Origin: Eledone cirrhosa
Lineage: Eukaryota
Direction of reading: 5' to 3'
Assembly (NCBI GenBank): GCA_964016885.1
Contig: OZ024746.1
Location: 26,784,001-26,848,000 of the forward strand
Length of the DNA: 64,000 bases
Notes under the pieces: model-generated
Told to the model about the DNA's origin: nothing
Database searches by the model: none
The model's input: only the letters and a program-made list of their open reading frames with translations
Shown here: piece after piece, positions 48,473 through 64,000 of the stretch
How the letters are laid out: each line of letters starts with the position of its first letter
Numbering within the stretch: position 1 is the stretch's first letter
Program-made: the position numbers and the translations under genes

Positions 48473-49292
48473 CAGCAATTTAAACATTCATACCTGATAT
48501 ACATAAACAAAATATTATCTTGCTTCACACCCACCCGCACACACACATAAACATATGTGTGTGTGTGTCTGTCTGTGTGTGTGTAAATAAACAACCAGGA
48601 TTAAATTAAATCATTTAATATTTTACGAATGATACATAAAAGAAAAGAATGAAACTAAATGTAGTTGAAATAGATGTTGATAAATGTAAAAGTTTGTGTT
48701 TACAAATGTTTAATTGTTCTTTTCAAGTGGCTTGGGAAATACACTATTGAGGCAATAATTTCTTCGTTATTTTGATAGATAGATTTATTTATTTATTTTG
48801 ATAGATAGTAACCGGATACTACTAATAAACTTACATTAATATATTGCCATTTATACATAATCAATCATTAATTAATACACATTGCCTTCAATTAACAAAG
48901 TATTTATGACAAACTTATAAAATATGCAATATTTGAAAATATCGGATTGAAAATATGTAAAAATATAGCCCCGACATAAAATTTTATGAGGAACATCAAA
49001 TTAAGCCCTGTACTTAATCAGCCATTAAATTTATTCTTCTCAATATTTTACTAAACTTTTAGACACATTCAATTTTTTCCAAACATCAGTTGTTAAAATG
49101 TTACCCAAACACACATGGTACTGTTTCGAAAATTACTTTTGAATTATATTTGTATACACAGATAATTAAGACTTTACAAAATAAAGTGTTCAAAAACTAT
49201 TTTTTTTTTACTTTCTCTCTCTCATACTCTCACTCTCGACACAAACACATACATTCATGCAGACACACAAACACACACATCTTTTGATCTTA

Positions 49293-49378
<86 letters not shown>

Positions 49379-49558
49379 TAAGATCAAAAGATGTTTAAAT
49401 GTGTTCCATGTATTTTATTATGCGCATTTCAAAGACAAATATCATCATGCAATAACATTTGTGTTTTCATCAGATAAAATAGGAGGACATGATATGCAGG
49501 TTAAAAACACTTGTGGATAGTGCAGTTTTAATATCGTACTACAATAAAACTCACCTCC

Positions 49559-49623
<65 letters not shown>

Positions 49624-50101
49624 TTACATATATATATTTATATATATATACATTTACATATATATATATATATATATATATATGGTAAAACCCAGATATA
49701 CCATAACCCACCAGAGTACTTGATATTTGGGGTAGTAGAGTGGGTAACATGAAAAGATTCAGGACCCCGACGGCTGAACTCCGGCCGTTTCGACAGCTAG
49801 ATCAAAACTAAAGCGCCAGTAGTCGTGATTAAGGAAGTGGTTTTTATACCGGCTCTCTCACATACCCACATATCTCCAGGATTCGTTTCTTGATATTGAT
49901 TCAATGAAGAGACCTCAGATCGTAAATTATCGCTGGGTTGATGCATTTTTGATCCTGCGGTCATGACTCCGATTATTTACAAGAACATTCAATTTACCAA
50001 TTCATTTACTTCGGCACAGGTTGAAAGAGTTGTCCCTCCGGCCCACGAAACGTACGACTCTCGTATGGCGCCATTGTAGTAACAATAAATGTAGAAGAAC
50101 A

Positions 50102-50639
50102 TTGTAGGAGAAATTTTCACAGTTGGGGAGGTGACGTTCAGTGTTCTACAATCATGTAGTTGCTGCTAAATGAGAGTTTACAATATTCTTTGTTTATTTT
50201 TGTAGTAATTGGGACATTCCTACACTATAACCATATCTATAGTCTAATGCTCTCCATAACTGACCATCTCTTCATCAATTTAGCTATTATTTATCTTGAA
50301 ATTCATTATGAAATCTGTCTATAAATTTATTTACACAGTGGCGTATGATTTCGCGAAGATTTAGTTCCTGCTTCTGTGTAGAAATCCCCAATATACCTAA
50401 TTTAAATATTTATCACTGATCCAGAATGTAATTATTCTCTTAAAATATAATAAAATATTTCTGGTTTTAATTACTGATGAAGTTTAAATATTTCCTTGTT
50501 TAATTAATAGAATCTTTAAACCTTTTTTTCTCCTCCAGATTGGCAATATACATTGGTTTTATACATCTCAACATGGATGACATTGATATATATTCTTTTA
50601 TTTTCAGATATTCCAGTTGTTTTCAAAAGTCCAAAACAA
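50102..50639 (+). pseudogene. Inverted pseudo-copy of the cytokine-like gene (unit 5)
   Basis: Same intron-1 / exon-2 / exon-5 fusion as 1-480. Confidence 0.8.
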
Positions 50640-52028
50640 GTAATACCCTCAGCGCCCCCAATCCTATTTCCAGAGAGACCTGCCTACACGCAAGTTGTAA
50701 ATAATATATAACAAATAAAATAGTTAATTTTTATATAATAAAATAATGTAATATATTCTATGTATAAATAAATATTATATATTTTTTATTTTACTATATT
50801 GATATATATTGTTATACTTGGGGAGGGTCATATTTGTGTAATATTGCCAGAATTAATAATAGAACACACTTACTGTTGGGTTGGTTTTCGCTTTTCACTT
50901 CTGTGTCTTTTATATCGGTAATCTAATTTATTCGGTCCTCGATGTTGCCATTCACTGACCAACAGTCAAAAATAATACAGATACAATATAGACACAAACA
51001 CATATATATAGTTTATCAAAGTTCTTTCGTTGTACATCTGCAACATCGTCAGTGGTGCTATTGTTTCCTCCCGTTACATTCTATTTTCTACGCCATCTTC
51101 ATTTAGTCTGTTTATATATTTATTTATTTGTTTATTTTATTTTGACTTCTTTGCGCATGCGTTTGCGTGTGTGTATAGTGTTTTGTTTGATGTGTGTTCG
51201 TGATTGGGTGACTGTGTATTGGTTAATGTATTCTATCTTTACTAGTGTGTGTTTATATGTGTTTGTTGTCATTGTGCTTGTGTATGTATTTATTTATTTA
51301 TTTATCTATTTATTTATTTATTTATACTTCTCTTAGGGCAGTGTTGTTTGTTTGGGTGTTGTTATTCCATTCATTCTTTCTGTTTAGCCTTGGCCTTCTA
51401 AGATCTATTTCACTGGCCTCTCTGATTTGCCTATCTGCTGGGTCATTTCTATGTTTAGATATTATTCTAATTTCTATGTTGTCTATGTTACCGTCGTGTT
51501 ATCTGGCATGTTCGTATAGTACTGACCCGTTTTTTCGTCCTTTTAGTTCCCCCCAGTGTTGGTCTATCCTTTCACCTGTGCTACAAGCTGTCTCGCCTAT
51601 GTATGTTGCTGTCATGTTTCTGCAAGTACCCTCTGTACATCTTATGCAATAGACTACGTTTCTAGTTTTACAATTTATCCGTATAAATTTTATATTTTAT
51701 ATTTTATATTTTATATTTTATATACTATTATATCATCTCAATCGTCCCCTTAGGCCGAAGCACCCCAGGACCTTCTCAACGCTCCCGGGGTGGGGGCGTT
51801 AGCGTCCACTTTAAGAACCTTTGGTTTATGCGGTGGCATTTTTCCTCTGGTCAGTTCCCCATAAAATAACCGTTTAGGAAGCCCTTCATCTTCCATCCTG
51901 CTCAAGTCACCTGCCCAATGCATCTAGCTCATTATAATCCTTATCTCAATACTAGTGCTACCCGCTTTTACGGTACAGCAGTATCAGATGTGTAAGAGGA
52001 CCACTTGATGTTCAGTAAGCGTGGGATA

Positions 52029-52951
52029 CAAGATAAATCACAATGAGTGGATTGATGATAATGATGTTGCAATCACCAAGCCTAGTGAAGAGAAAAATAA
52101 CTTGTATTGAAGTGTCTTGTTGCAGATGGTCCAGTGATGATCACTTTTGAGAAGACCTTCAAAGAAACAAAGTCAAAACTGCCATATAAATTTCTAAGAA
52201 TGAAGAATAAATTATGGTCTGAAGTTTCAGCCGAGATTCAGAAAGATTATAACTGCAGAGAATTACAGCACAATAAGTTAAGCTTTTGGCTCAGCGCACT
52301 AAAACATGGCACCATTGAAGTAAAGAGATGGGAAAGCCCTCATCAAAGAGATGGACACAATGAAACTCTAGATTTTGATGGAATACCTGTTGAGCTGATC
52401 CGCTTTCGAGGTGACAATGTTGCTATGGCCATTCATAGACTAGTCTCATCAGTTTGGGATTGTGAGCCTATCCCGCAAGGCTGGGTAGATGCAATTTTGC
52501 TCTTGATTTACAATGGCAAGAGCTCCAGGTTTAAATGCGGTGGATATCGTAGTATAAGTCTGCTCGATTCGGAAGGGAATGTTGTATCCAAGGTCTTGCT
52601 GAATCGTCTAAATGGATCTGTCCTGGGGCCATCCCTGATAGCCAGGAACTAGGCGGAGTACTGTGGACAGGATTTTTGCAGTCCATCAGCTTATGGAGTG
52701 CGTTGAGCAGCAAGTGTCAGTGTACAAACTATTTGTGAACTTTATCAAAGCCTTTGATACTGTTAATCGTAGTACATTGTGAATCATATTGGGGAAATTT
52801 GGATGCCGTCATGAATTTGTTGGAATATGCAAAAAATTCCATCAAAATATGAAAACAAAAGTGAACTTCAACGGGACACTTTCAGAGCCAATTTCAATGG
52901 CAAACGGTGTCTAGCAAGGTGGCATTCCTGCACCCACTCTGTTTACCATCA
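52029..52951 (+). mobile_element. Decayed RTE-clade LINE fragment (unit 5)
   Basis: Copy of 1690-2612. Confidence 0.85.
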
Positions 52952-53621
52952 ATGACCATATCTTTCTTAATCGGGTGAAATATTCCCTGGTTACGCGTTC
53001 CTTGTCACCGATACCATCATAGGATATATTCTCATCTATCCCTAGGTATCTGTAGCAGTTCTTGTCACATATCGGTGAAACAATTAAGCTATTGATAAAA
53101 ATGTTGCTAGATTGGCTTGTAGTTTTTCCCCGTTTTACAATCACATATGAACATTTAGGATAAATTCCATTCCTATATCCTTTGAGAATGCCGTGACCAG
53201 GTCAAGATTTTTCTTCATCTCATTTATCTTTTTGGCATAGAGTTTCAGGTCATCCACAAAGAAATTATCGGTTAGGTTCCTATTTCTCTCCTCCTGGGAA
53301 CCAATTATGTATCCTTCACATTTCTTGAGCAGAAAGAACAAGGGGTTTAATGACAGAATAAATAGTAACACAGAGAGAATATACTCCTGTGATATTATAT
53401 TTCATCAGTGAAAATAGCATCCTTCTCCTCTGTTTTTAACTTTAGGATAGTAGCCCAAGAAGAAGATAGGTTCTCTATGGCTCTGATAATAGTATCTGGG
53501 ACTATCATCCAAGAGTGGGGAACAGAACTTTCCTGTAGTCCAGCCAGACTGTAACCACATTCTTGCTAAGTTGTTGCATCTCTCATTCCAGCTGCTTGCT
53601 CATCTGTTATGATGTTATTAT
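52952..53621 (-). mobile_element. Decayed R4/Dong-like RT fragment (unit 5, short form)
   Basis: Copy of 2613-3282. Confidence 0.75.
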
Positions 53622-54580
53622 AACTAGGACCAATACAACCGAATTAAGCTGAGGTAATGGTAATTCAAACAATTTAATTTTAATGATACTTCCAAAACTG
53701 GCTCCTTGTCTCATTAGAATTAAAACTGCTAGATCAGCAGTAGGAAATATTTTTATGCCGGTATACACGCTTAGAAATTAACTGACATTCAATGAAGCCA
53801 CAATTTGAAAAACATATAGTCCCGCTAAAGTTCAAGGCTTTGGAAATATATAATTACGTATGTAGGTGTTACTTTTCGTAACAAACATAATAAATTGAAC
53901 AGATTAACGTTCAATATAATGAAATCAGCAAGAACGTTCTGCTTCTTTCAGTTGGCAGTAAATATTATTTTGGAAAGTTCGATATAAATATCTCAACCCT
54001 GTGTCAGAGTTTTTTCATGTTTGCCAGACCATAACCAATATTGTTATAGCGAAGTTTATTGTGAAATAAACCTTCAATCATATACTGTATATGATATACA
54101 TTTCAAAGTATATTATATATATAATATGAATACATTACACATTATAATAAATTGTAAACAAACGAAAGTAAGGTTTAAAAAAGTCAAACGTAATATAAAT
54201 TCAATATCTTTAATGTTTCAATAAAAAAAATATAAATATAAAAAGTTTATATAACAAATAATTATCTAAAATATAGATATATATTTTACAGTTCCAGTTT
54301 GGTGTTATCAATAATACCATGTTAGTAGGATTCTAAATTTTAAAAAATATTACATAATATTACATAGGATATAAATGTAGAGTTCTCTGTTATATATAAA
54401 GCATTACAGAGAAATTAGATAAAATATTCATATTTCTTAGAAAATATATTTACAAAATTACAACAGTATTGTTGAGAATTGAAGCTGAAACACTTCTACA
54501 TATTTATAACGATACACTTGTATCTGGGTGTCTAACTGACAGGGGTACCAAGGAATATTATAGATTGAGCATTAGATATT

Positions 54581-57741
<3,161 letters not shown>

Positions 57742-59582
57742 GTTGATCTTTTATAAATTTGTTAGAGGAAATATAAGTTAATGTGAGACGTCAGTAAATT
57801 TGCTTGTACTCTTTTGAATACAATTAATAAATGATAGTCAATAGAATTATAATGTGACTTTATATACTTACCAGTGAAACTTAAATATTTGGAAATACCG
57901 TTGATATATATTGAAAATGGAGAATTTGAAAGTTCACACCATCCATAGTTTATTATTTGGATGAGAATAGTTTTACTTTCAGTTGTAGAGACCGGCGTAT
58001 GTATTGCCTGCTCAGTTTCAGGAGGTGAGAGAAAAGTAAAGCGAAAGAAGAAGAGAGAGGGGATAGAGAGAAAGCGGAAGAGAAAAAAAAGAGAAGGAAG
58101 CGAGAGAGAGGGGGTAGAGAGTAGTGAAGTATAGATAATGTCTGAGTGCAGTGAGAAGGAGAGAATTGTTATATATGACAATGAATAACTATTTTTATCT
58201 TAATTTCGGTCAAAAGTCTATTTTACTTTATTTCATTGATGGGAAACATTTATTTCGTAGAAGTGTCATTTAAAACGTTTAGAATCACACACAAACACAA
58301 ATCTTGGTTTTATATATATTATGTTTCTCTCAGTGCCAAAACTTCCAACAAAGATTTTGATGCTAAGAAGTAAATGCTATTTATGTTAAAAGATTTGTTT
58401 TTCATATTGTAATATTTTCAATTTCTTCTGATAAAGAAATTCGCGTTTAATTTATTGTGTATTGTTTTGTTTGTTTGTTTGTTTGTTTTTGTTTTCTTTT
58501 CTTTTCCATATTCCATAACCTCCGCTGAGAAAATACCACAATTCTTGAGTTATTCCACACTTTCATTGTGAAACATAAGACGGAAGTGTTACAATACATG
58601 TGACCTCCTACACAACATCACACTGACATAGTAATAGTAAAATATGTCAGTTTCCATAAACGTTGAAACATAACTGAAAGTAAAAAAATATCATTACTAA
58701 ATATAGAATATTAAGGAAGTCGGTATCGTTTACATATTGCTTCTGTATTATAGAAATCAACCATATATTGTTACTCAATATTATAAGACAAGAATATGTT
58801 ATATTTTCTCATAATATTCCAATAAATAACGAACATAAATAAATGGTCTATTCGTTTTTCAGTAGTATTATACCTGTTCTCTTATGATATTAATACAATG
58901 TGTCTTATCGTCTACTGTTTAGAATATCTTACCGGCAAATATTTTCCTTCAGCCATCAACATACAACTATTGGAGACAAAGATTAGCCACATTCATCGCA
59001 TTTTTATCGGAAGGTCTGCATAGTCCCTTCTACCAAATGAAACTAGGTAGGGATATTAAACTGTGATTCTCACTGAGATCTGGGTTTACGTAAAGTGTAA
59101 TGGTGGTTATTAAAGAGATGTACAAGGTTGAGGTAGAAAGCGCGCAAGAGAGAATGAGAGAGAGAGTAAAAGAAACAAGTGCGAGATATCTACAGAGATA
59201 GAGACACAGAGAATGAGAGAACAATGGGACGAGACATTAAGTGAGAGAGAAGGAGAGAGAGAAGAAACAGTGCAGTTGAAGAGACAGTCGTGTATGGTTT
59301 GTGCTCTGCGACGCAATGTTTGAGGTAATAAAAGCGTCATTTTATCATCAATGGTTTGATTTGTTTTGATGCGACAAAAGTAATGGTTACATTTAACTTG
59401 TATGTGTGAAAGGTGGGAAGCCTGTTGGAATGAAGAAGGTTATATTGGAGAAAATATATAAACTCGGCTGGTCTCGCTTAGGGATCCAACCAGATCAATT
59501 GTAAATGGTTGCTTCTAACAAGACCAGCTGGAAGGAGTGTTTGAGGATTCTGCCCCAACGACCATCTCAGGAATAAATGAGT

Positions 59583-59776
59583 GAAGAAGAAGAAGAAGAA
59601 GAAGAAGAAGAAGAAGAAGAAGAAGAAGAAGAAGAAGAAGAAGAAAGGGGAGAAGGAGGAGGAGGAGGGGGATGGGGTGAGAGGGGGGAAGAAGAAGAAG
59701 AAGAAGAAGAAGAAGAAGAAGAAGAAGAAGAAGAAGAAGAAGAAGAAGAAGAAGAAGAAGAAGAAGAAGAAGAAGA
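59583..59776. repeat. (GAA)n microsatellites
   Basis: Two pure GAA runs separated by a G-rich spacer. Many other (TA)n, (GA)n and (GT)n tracts occur throughout the window. Confidence 0.95.
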
Positions 59777-60228
59777 TATATATGATGAAACACAAATACC
59801 AACATATCTGCATTTATATTGCAAAAGAAATTTAGTGTTATTTCTAGCAGTATGTGTATGAGGCTGGCTAGAAACTGTGAACCATGTGCGTTAAACAGTC
59901 TTTTAAAATTATTTAGAAGTGAAGCATATCAATTTTGTTCGGGGTGTTTACTGAAGAGAGCTGGACATGATATCCTTACACTTATTTTATCTCGAAACAT
60001 ATTTGGATTTTAAAGTTTAAACTTATCTACGGAACAGGTTTGATTTTGAAATTTAAATGTGTCTAAACATCACGGCAACTTGGCAATACTGTCTGTCTTT
60101 GTTGATTTATTATTTTAAATCGATATAGGCAGCCTGTAATATTATAATTAGTATATTTCATTCTGGCTAACTAAATTTCTTTTGCAATATAAATGCAGAT
60201 ATGTTGGTATTTGTGTTTCATCATATAT
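59776..60228 (+). mobile_element. Small inverted-repeat element (MITE-like or Penelope pLTR relic) containing a degenerate hammerhead
   Basis: A ~58-bp inverted repeat at ~59778-59835 / 60171-60228 with TA-rich ends. Internal gttta CTGAAGA gag...ctc GAAAC...GTT taaac at 59946-60022. Confidence 0.6.
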
Positions 60229-60516
60229 ATTAATTTATATTTAAATGTTTTATATATATATATATATATATTTTACAGATTGGGGTCTACAGACTACTAC
60301 AGACCTTTACTCGCTCTCTTGGTCTACAGACTTCTCACCTTCTCTGTCCACAGACTACACCAGCATAACGAAGTATCAACATAAAAACATCTTCAACCGT
60401 TATAACTAGTAGTAACCTATTCGTTGTTCTTTGTAACTGAAGTGAAGTAAATTTTATATCAAAATGAAACCATCTATTTTGTGTGATGAGTCTATCTTTT
60501 AGAGAGGTTATATGTC

Positions 60517-60885
60517 TTAATCCGTATCGTGAGCAAATGGGGTCCCACGTGCTGGCTTCCCCCACAACCCCGCGGACAGAATGGAGAAGGCGTTTCCCCG
60601 GAGGATGGTAAGGGAGATGCCCTGGAAGAGCCATGCCAATTCGCGAGGCTCACACCTGCGGCTGGCCAGCTCAGCGCCTATTGTGGTGAATAGGGAGGTA
60701 GCCCTAGGGCCAAGGACACCAGAAGTCTCCACTGCCAAGGGCACGACCGTGAACCTGTCGGAGAGCGACCGGTACTTGGAGACTTTGGCCTCCTCAACCC
60801 GACGTGCAGCAGTACCTGGGTTAGTCCCAGACTGCACCAGGTTGCGGCTGGAGAAAGTATCGCTGCAAGTGGCATCCAACAACAA
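60517..60885 (-). mobile_element. 3' fragment of a CRE-clade non-LTR retrotransposon (restriction-like endonuclease domain)
   Basis: DATCSDTF...AARRVEEAKVSKY...VPLAVETSGVLGP...LFQGISLTILRGNA. GC-rich island in AT-rich DNA. Confidence 0.8.
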
Positions 60886-61004
60886 CTACTAAACTCAGGT
60901 GCGGTTCAGTTTGACCTAAATTTTAATAAAACTTGTTATTCATCGCTACACAATATCTCACTCGTTCTAACTCCACTCTCACTTCCTCCATCCGTCAACA
61001 CACA

Positions 61005-61137
<133 letters not shown>

Positions 61138-61369
61138 TCTCTCTCCATCTCTCTCTCTCTCACTCTTTCTCTCAATTATCTTTCTCTTTTTTCTCCCTCT
61201 CTCTATCCCCCCTCTCTCTACCTCCTTCTCTAGTGCTATCTCTCTTAGTAAAATTGGGATGATAAGTACATACGCCGGGCTCTACAACTGAAAGTAATAC
61301 TATTCTCATCCACATAGTAAACTAATGTTGTTGAGAATTTCTAAATTCTCCATCTTCAATATATATCAA

Positions 61370-61411
61370 GGGTATTTCCAGATATATAAGTTCCACTGGT
61401 AAGTATATAAA
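61370..61411 (+). promoter_or_regulatory. Putative core promoter of copy 6
   Basis: GGGTATTTCC at 61370-61379 and TATATAAA at 61404-61411, homologous to the copy-1 block. Confidence 0.45.
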
Positions 61412-61505
61412 GTCACATTATAATTCTATTGACTATCTTACAAGCAAATTTAGTGACTTCTCATTTAAAATTATATTTCCTCTAACAAATTTATAAAAGA
61501 TCAAC

Positions 61506-62217
61506 ATGTGTAAGTAGAAAATTCTATGTTATAATCACTGTAATAATATGAGGAAATGCAACGGGAGTCTTTTAAGAATATTCATTTACTTTACAGGTTC
61601 TTATGATTTAAAAAAAAAAAATTGAGATGGAGGGATTGTGTTTCTGATGTGGTTTGTCTCGCATCTGGTTGGAGTTGGAAAGTTTTTTCCTTATATTTTT
61701 TACCAGTGTGGGACATTTTATATATATATATAAATACAAATAAATAATCGAGGATCGAAATCTCAGCCCACGAAATCACGAAACACAATCTTCGAAATGT
61801 GTGGCAGAGGGCTCAATAGTTTGGGTAACCCAGAGCTATAACTATCGATAAAATACCAACACATAGAGACAATGCTTAAAATCATTCACACAGCCGAAAA
61901 AACGACCAGGAAAATTCGGGTCAAACACAGTTCCAGCCACCGATGTAGTATTTCACAGTAGTCGGTTTCCTTCAGAAGCAGAATGTTTGTTAATAGTAAT
62001 ATTAATAATAAAGAGCGGGAACGAAGTTTCAATATAACAACGTTATGTTTATTCGGATATGACGCACGTATCGCGATCGGTTAGCTCAAGATACGATCGG
62101 TATGATGACGACCGACTCGGGAATCGATAGTGTATCGAACTTGTGAATTCTCAAGTGAATAAACATATTGATGTTATATTGATACTTCGTTCCTGTTCCT
62201 TATTATTATTATATATA

Positions 62218-62252
<35 letters not shown>

Positions 62253-62980
62253 GTGTGTGTGTGTGTATAAATGTATATGTGTGTCTTTCAGATCTAGAGT
62301 AAGTAGCAGATATTGCAATAGCCTGGGGTTAAAAGGGACCCAACACTTTAATAAGCTACCAAGAAACTTGAGAGATCTATATGTTGTGGACGTGGATATT
62401 TTCAAAAAACATCTTGCCACTCTACTACCTAAGATCCTAGATGAACCCTCAGTACGTAACCTAAGAGCAGCAACAACGAACTTCCTCTACATCAATGGCC
62501 AACCGACGCAGGCTGGGTATAGGAAGTGAAGCAACAAGTGCAGTGCCCCAGCATGGTCTGAGTCGGATGGCTGAAACTGGAAAAAGTGTAAAAGAGTAAA
62601 AGTGAATATAAATATATTCTGGTATTAATTACTGATAAAGTTTAAATATTTCCTCGTTTAATTTATAATATTGTAAAACATTTTTGATTTCTCCTCCAGA
62701 TTGGCAATATACATTGGTTTTATGTCTCTCAACATGGATGACATTGATCCATGGATTACCTATACAATCTACAACAACAACAACTGAATTATCTGATATA
62801 TCTGATATAAAAACTGAAATAGATACGGCATTGACGTTAACAAAAAGAACCACAGCAGCCGTAAACAATACTTTGATTAATTATGTAAGTTAAGAATTCA
62901 TTACTTTTCCCAATCTTTTCTTACTACCTCTCTCTCTTACTCTCTCTCTTTCTCTCTTTATTTTTCTATCTTTATCAATT

Positions 62981-63051
<71 letters not shown>

Positions 63052-63269
63052 CTCACTCTCTCACTCTCTCTCTCTCTCTTATGTAAGTTAAGAATTCTTT
63101 TTCTATCAATTTCTCTCTCACTCTATCCTAATTTATATTACTGCCTATCTCTCTCTCTCTCTATATATATATATATTTTTAAGAATATTTATTTGTTTCT
63201 TTTACCGGTTTCACAGTTCTTATGCTTTTCAAAAGTAGAATTGAGATGGAGGGTTGTTGTTTTTCTCGC

Positions 63270-63364
<95 letters not shown>

Positions 63365-64000
63365 TGTGTTTGTGTGTGTGCGTGTGTAATAATCGTATCG
63401 TAATATAATAAAACACAAAAGTTTAGAATAACTGAATGCTATCAACCTCCATATGTTTTAATAGTTAACTTCACACTCAGATGATTATTTATAATAGATA
63501 TATTAGTATTGTAGCAAGAGTTCCCTCCCTTGTTATGACATTCACGTCGGGGTCACCACTTTAGGAGGGCAGAACCCTTTTTTGTCATTTCCGTCCGGAG
63601 ACCCTATAAAAGGGACAGGTCAGAGCGATCTCACTCTCTCGCCTCCTGAATCCCAAAGTGGTAACAACACCTGCGACCTTGTCATGAGATGACTCCTCTC
63701 TCATTTTCCTTCGCCACTCAAGAAGAATGCCACCGGCAGCCTAAGAACCTAAGAAGATGTTAACACCTCCAAGAGAAGATCTCTCCTTTTCTCCACACAC
63801 TTCAGCCTAGGAGTTGTGACCAACGGGTAACCATTTATTTATATTAATCCATTTGACTTCTGTGAAGTAAAACCTTGTCACAACACACACCGGCATTTAT
63901 TGTCATTTCTGATAATGCATATATGTACACCGATACTAATCTCCTAAAGTATAATCTAAATTAAAATAATGTGTTCCATATATCATGTGTCAGACTCTCC
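61506..64000 (+). CDS. IL-6/G-CSF-like gene copy 6, opposite strand, partial (exons 1-2 in window)
   Basis: atcaacATGT|gtaagt at 61506-61509. Exon 2 is 62700-62884 (cctccag|AT TGG...AAT TAT|gtaagt) and encodes the same peptide as copy 1. The last ~55 nt of the window match the end of intron 2, so exon 3 should start about 35 nt beyond the window. Confidence 0.8.
62288..62603 (+). mobile_element. 3' end of a CR1/L2-group LINE in intron 1 of copy 6
   Basis: NSLGLKG..FNKLPRNLRDL..VDVDIFKKHL...DEP...RAATTN C-terminus, followed by a gtgccccagcatgg...gctgaaact tail and taaaag repeats. Confidence 0.75.
63531..63885 (+). mobile_element. Probable solo LTR in intron 2 of copy 6
   Basis: TGTTATGACA...TGTCACAACA termini (TG..CA, 9/10 inverted match), 355 bp, internal TATAAAA, absent from other copies. 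No target-site duplication seen. Confidence 0.55.

Overview
This is AT-rich, microsatellite-dense animal DNA. It is probably octopus or another cephalopod, inferred from the SINE and LINE-tail sequences and not proven. Bases 1 to ~58.7 kb are a tandem array of five near-identical 8.5-16 kb units (marker starts 1, 16428, 28617, 38259, 50160; the last is partial). The ORF track misses the gene these units amplify. Manual splicing gives a five-exon minus-strand gene (coding exons 4/185/135/231/168 nt, intron phases 1,0,0,0, all GT-AG) encoding a 240-aa secreted protein. Its layout, A-B loop Cys pair and C-terminal amphipathic helix resemble IL-6/G-CSF-type long-chain four-helix cytokines. Four copies are intact, one has lost exons 1-3, and a sixth copy starts on the + strand head-to-head with copy 5 and runs off the window. 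Every unit also carries an inverted, internally deleted pseudo-copy. The rest is transposon material: a near-complete Penelope-like element with two hammerhead ribozymes, two small inverted-repeat elements with hammerhead motifs (one in sense orientation inside a cytokine-gene intron), RTE, R4, CRE and CR1-type LINE relics, SINE pieces, a 26-bp minisatellite and a probable solo LTR.
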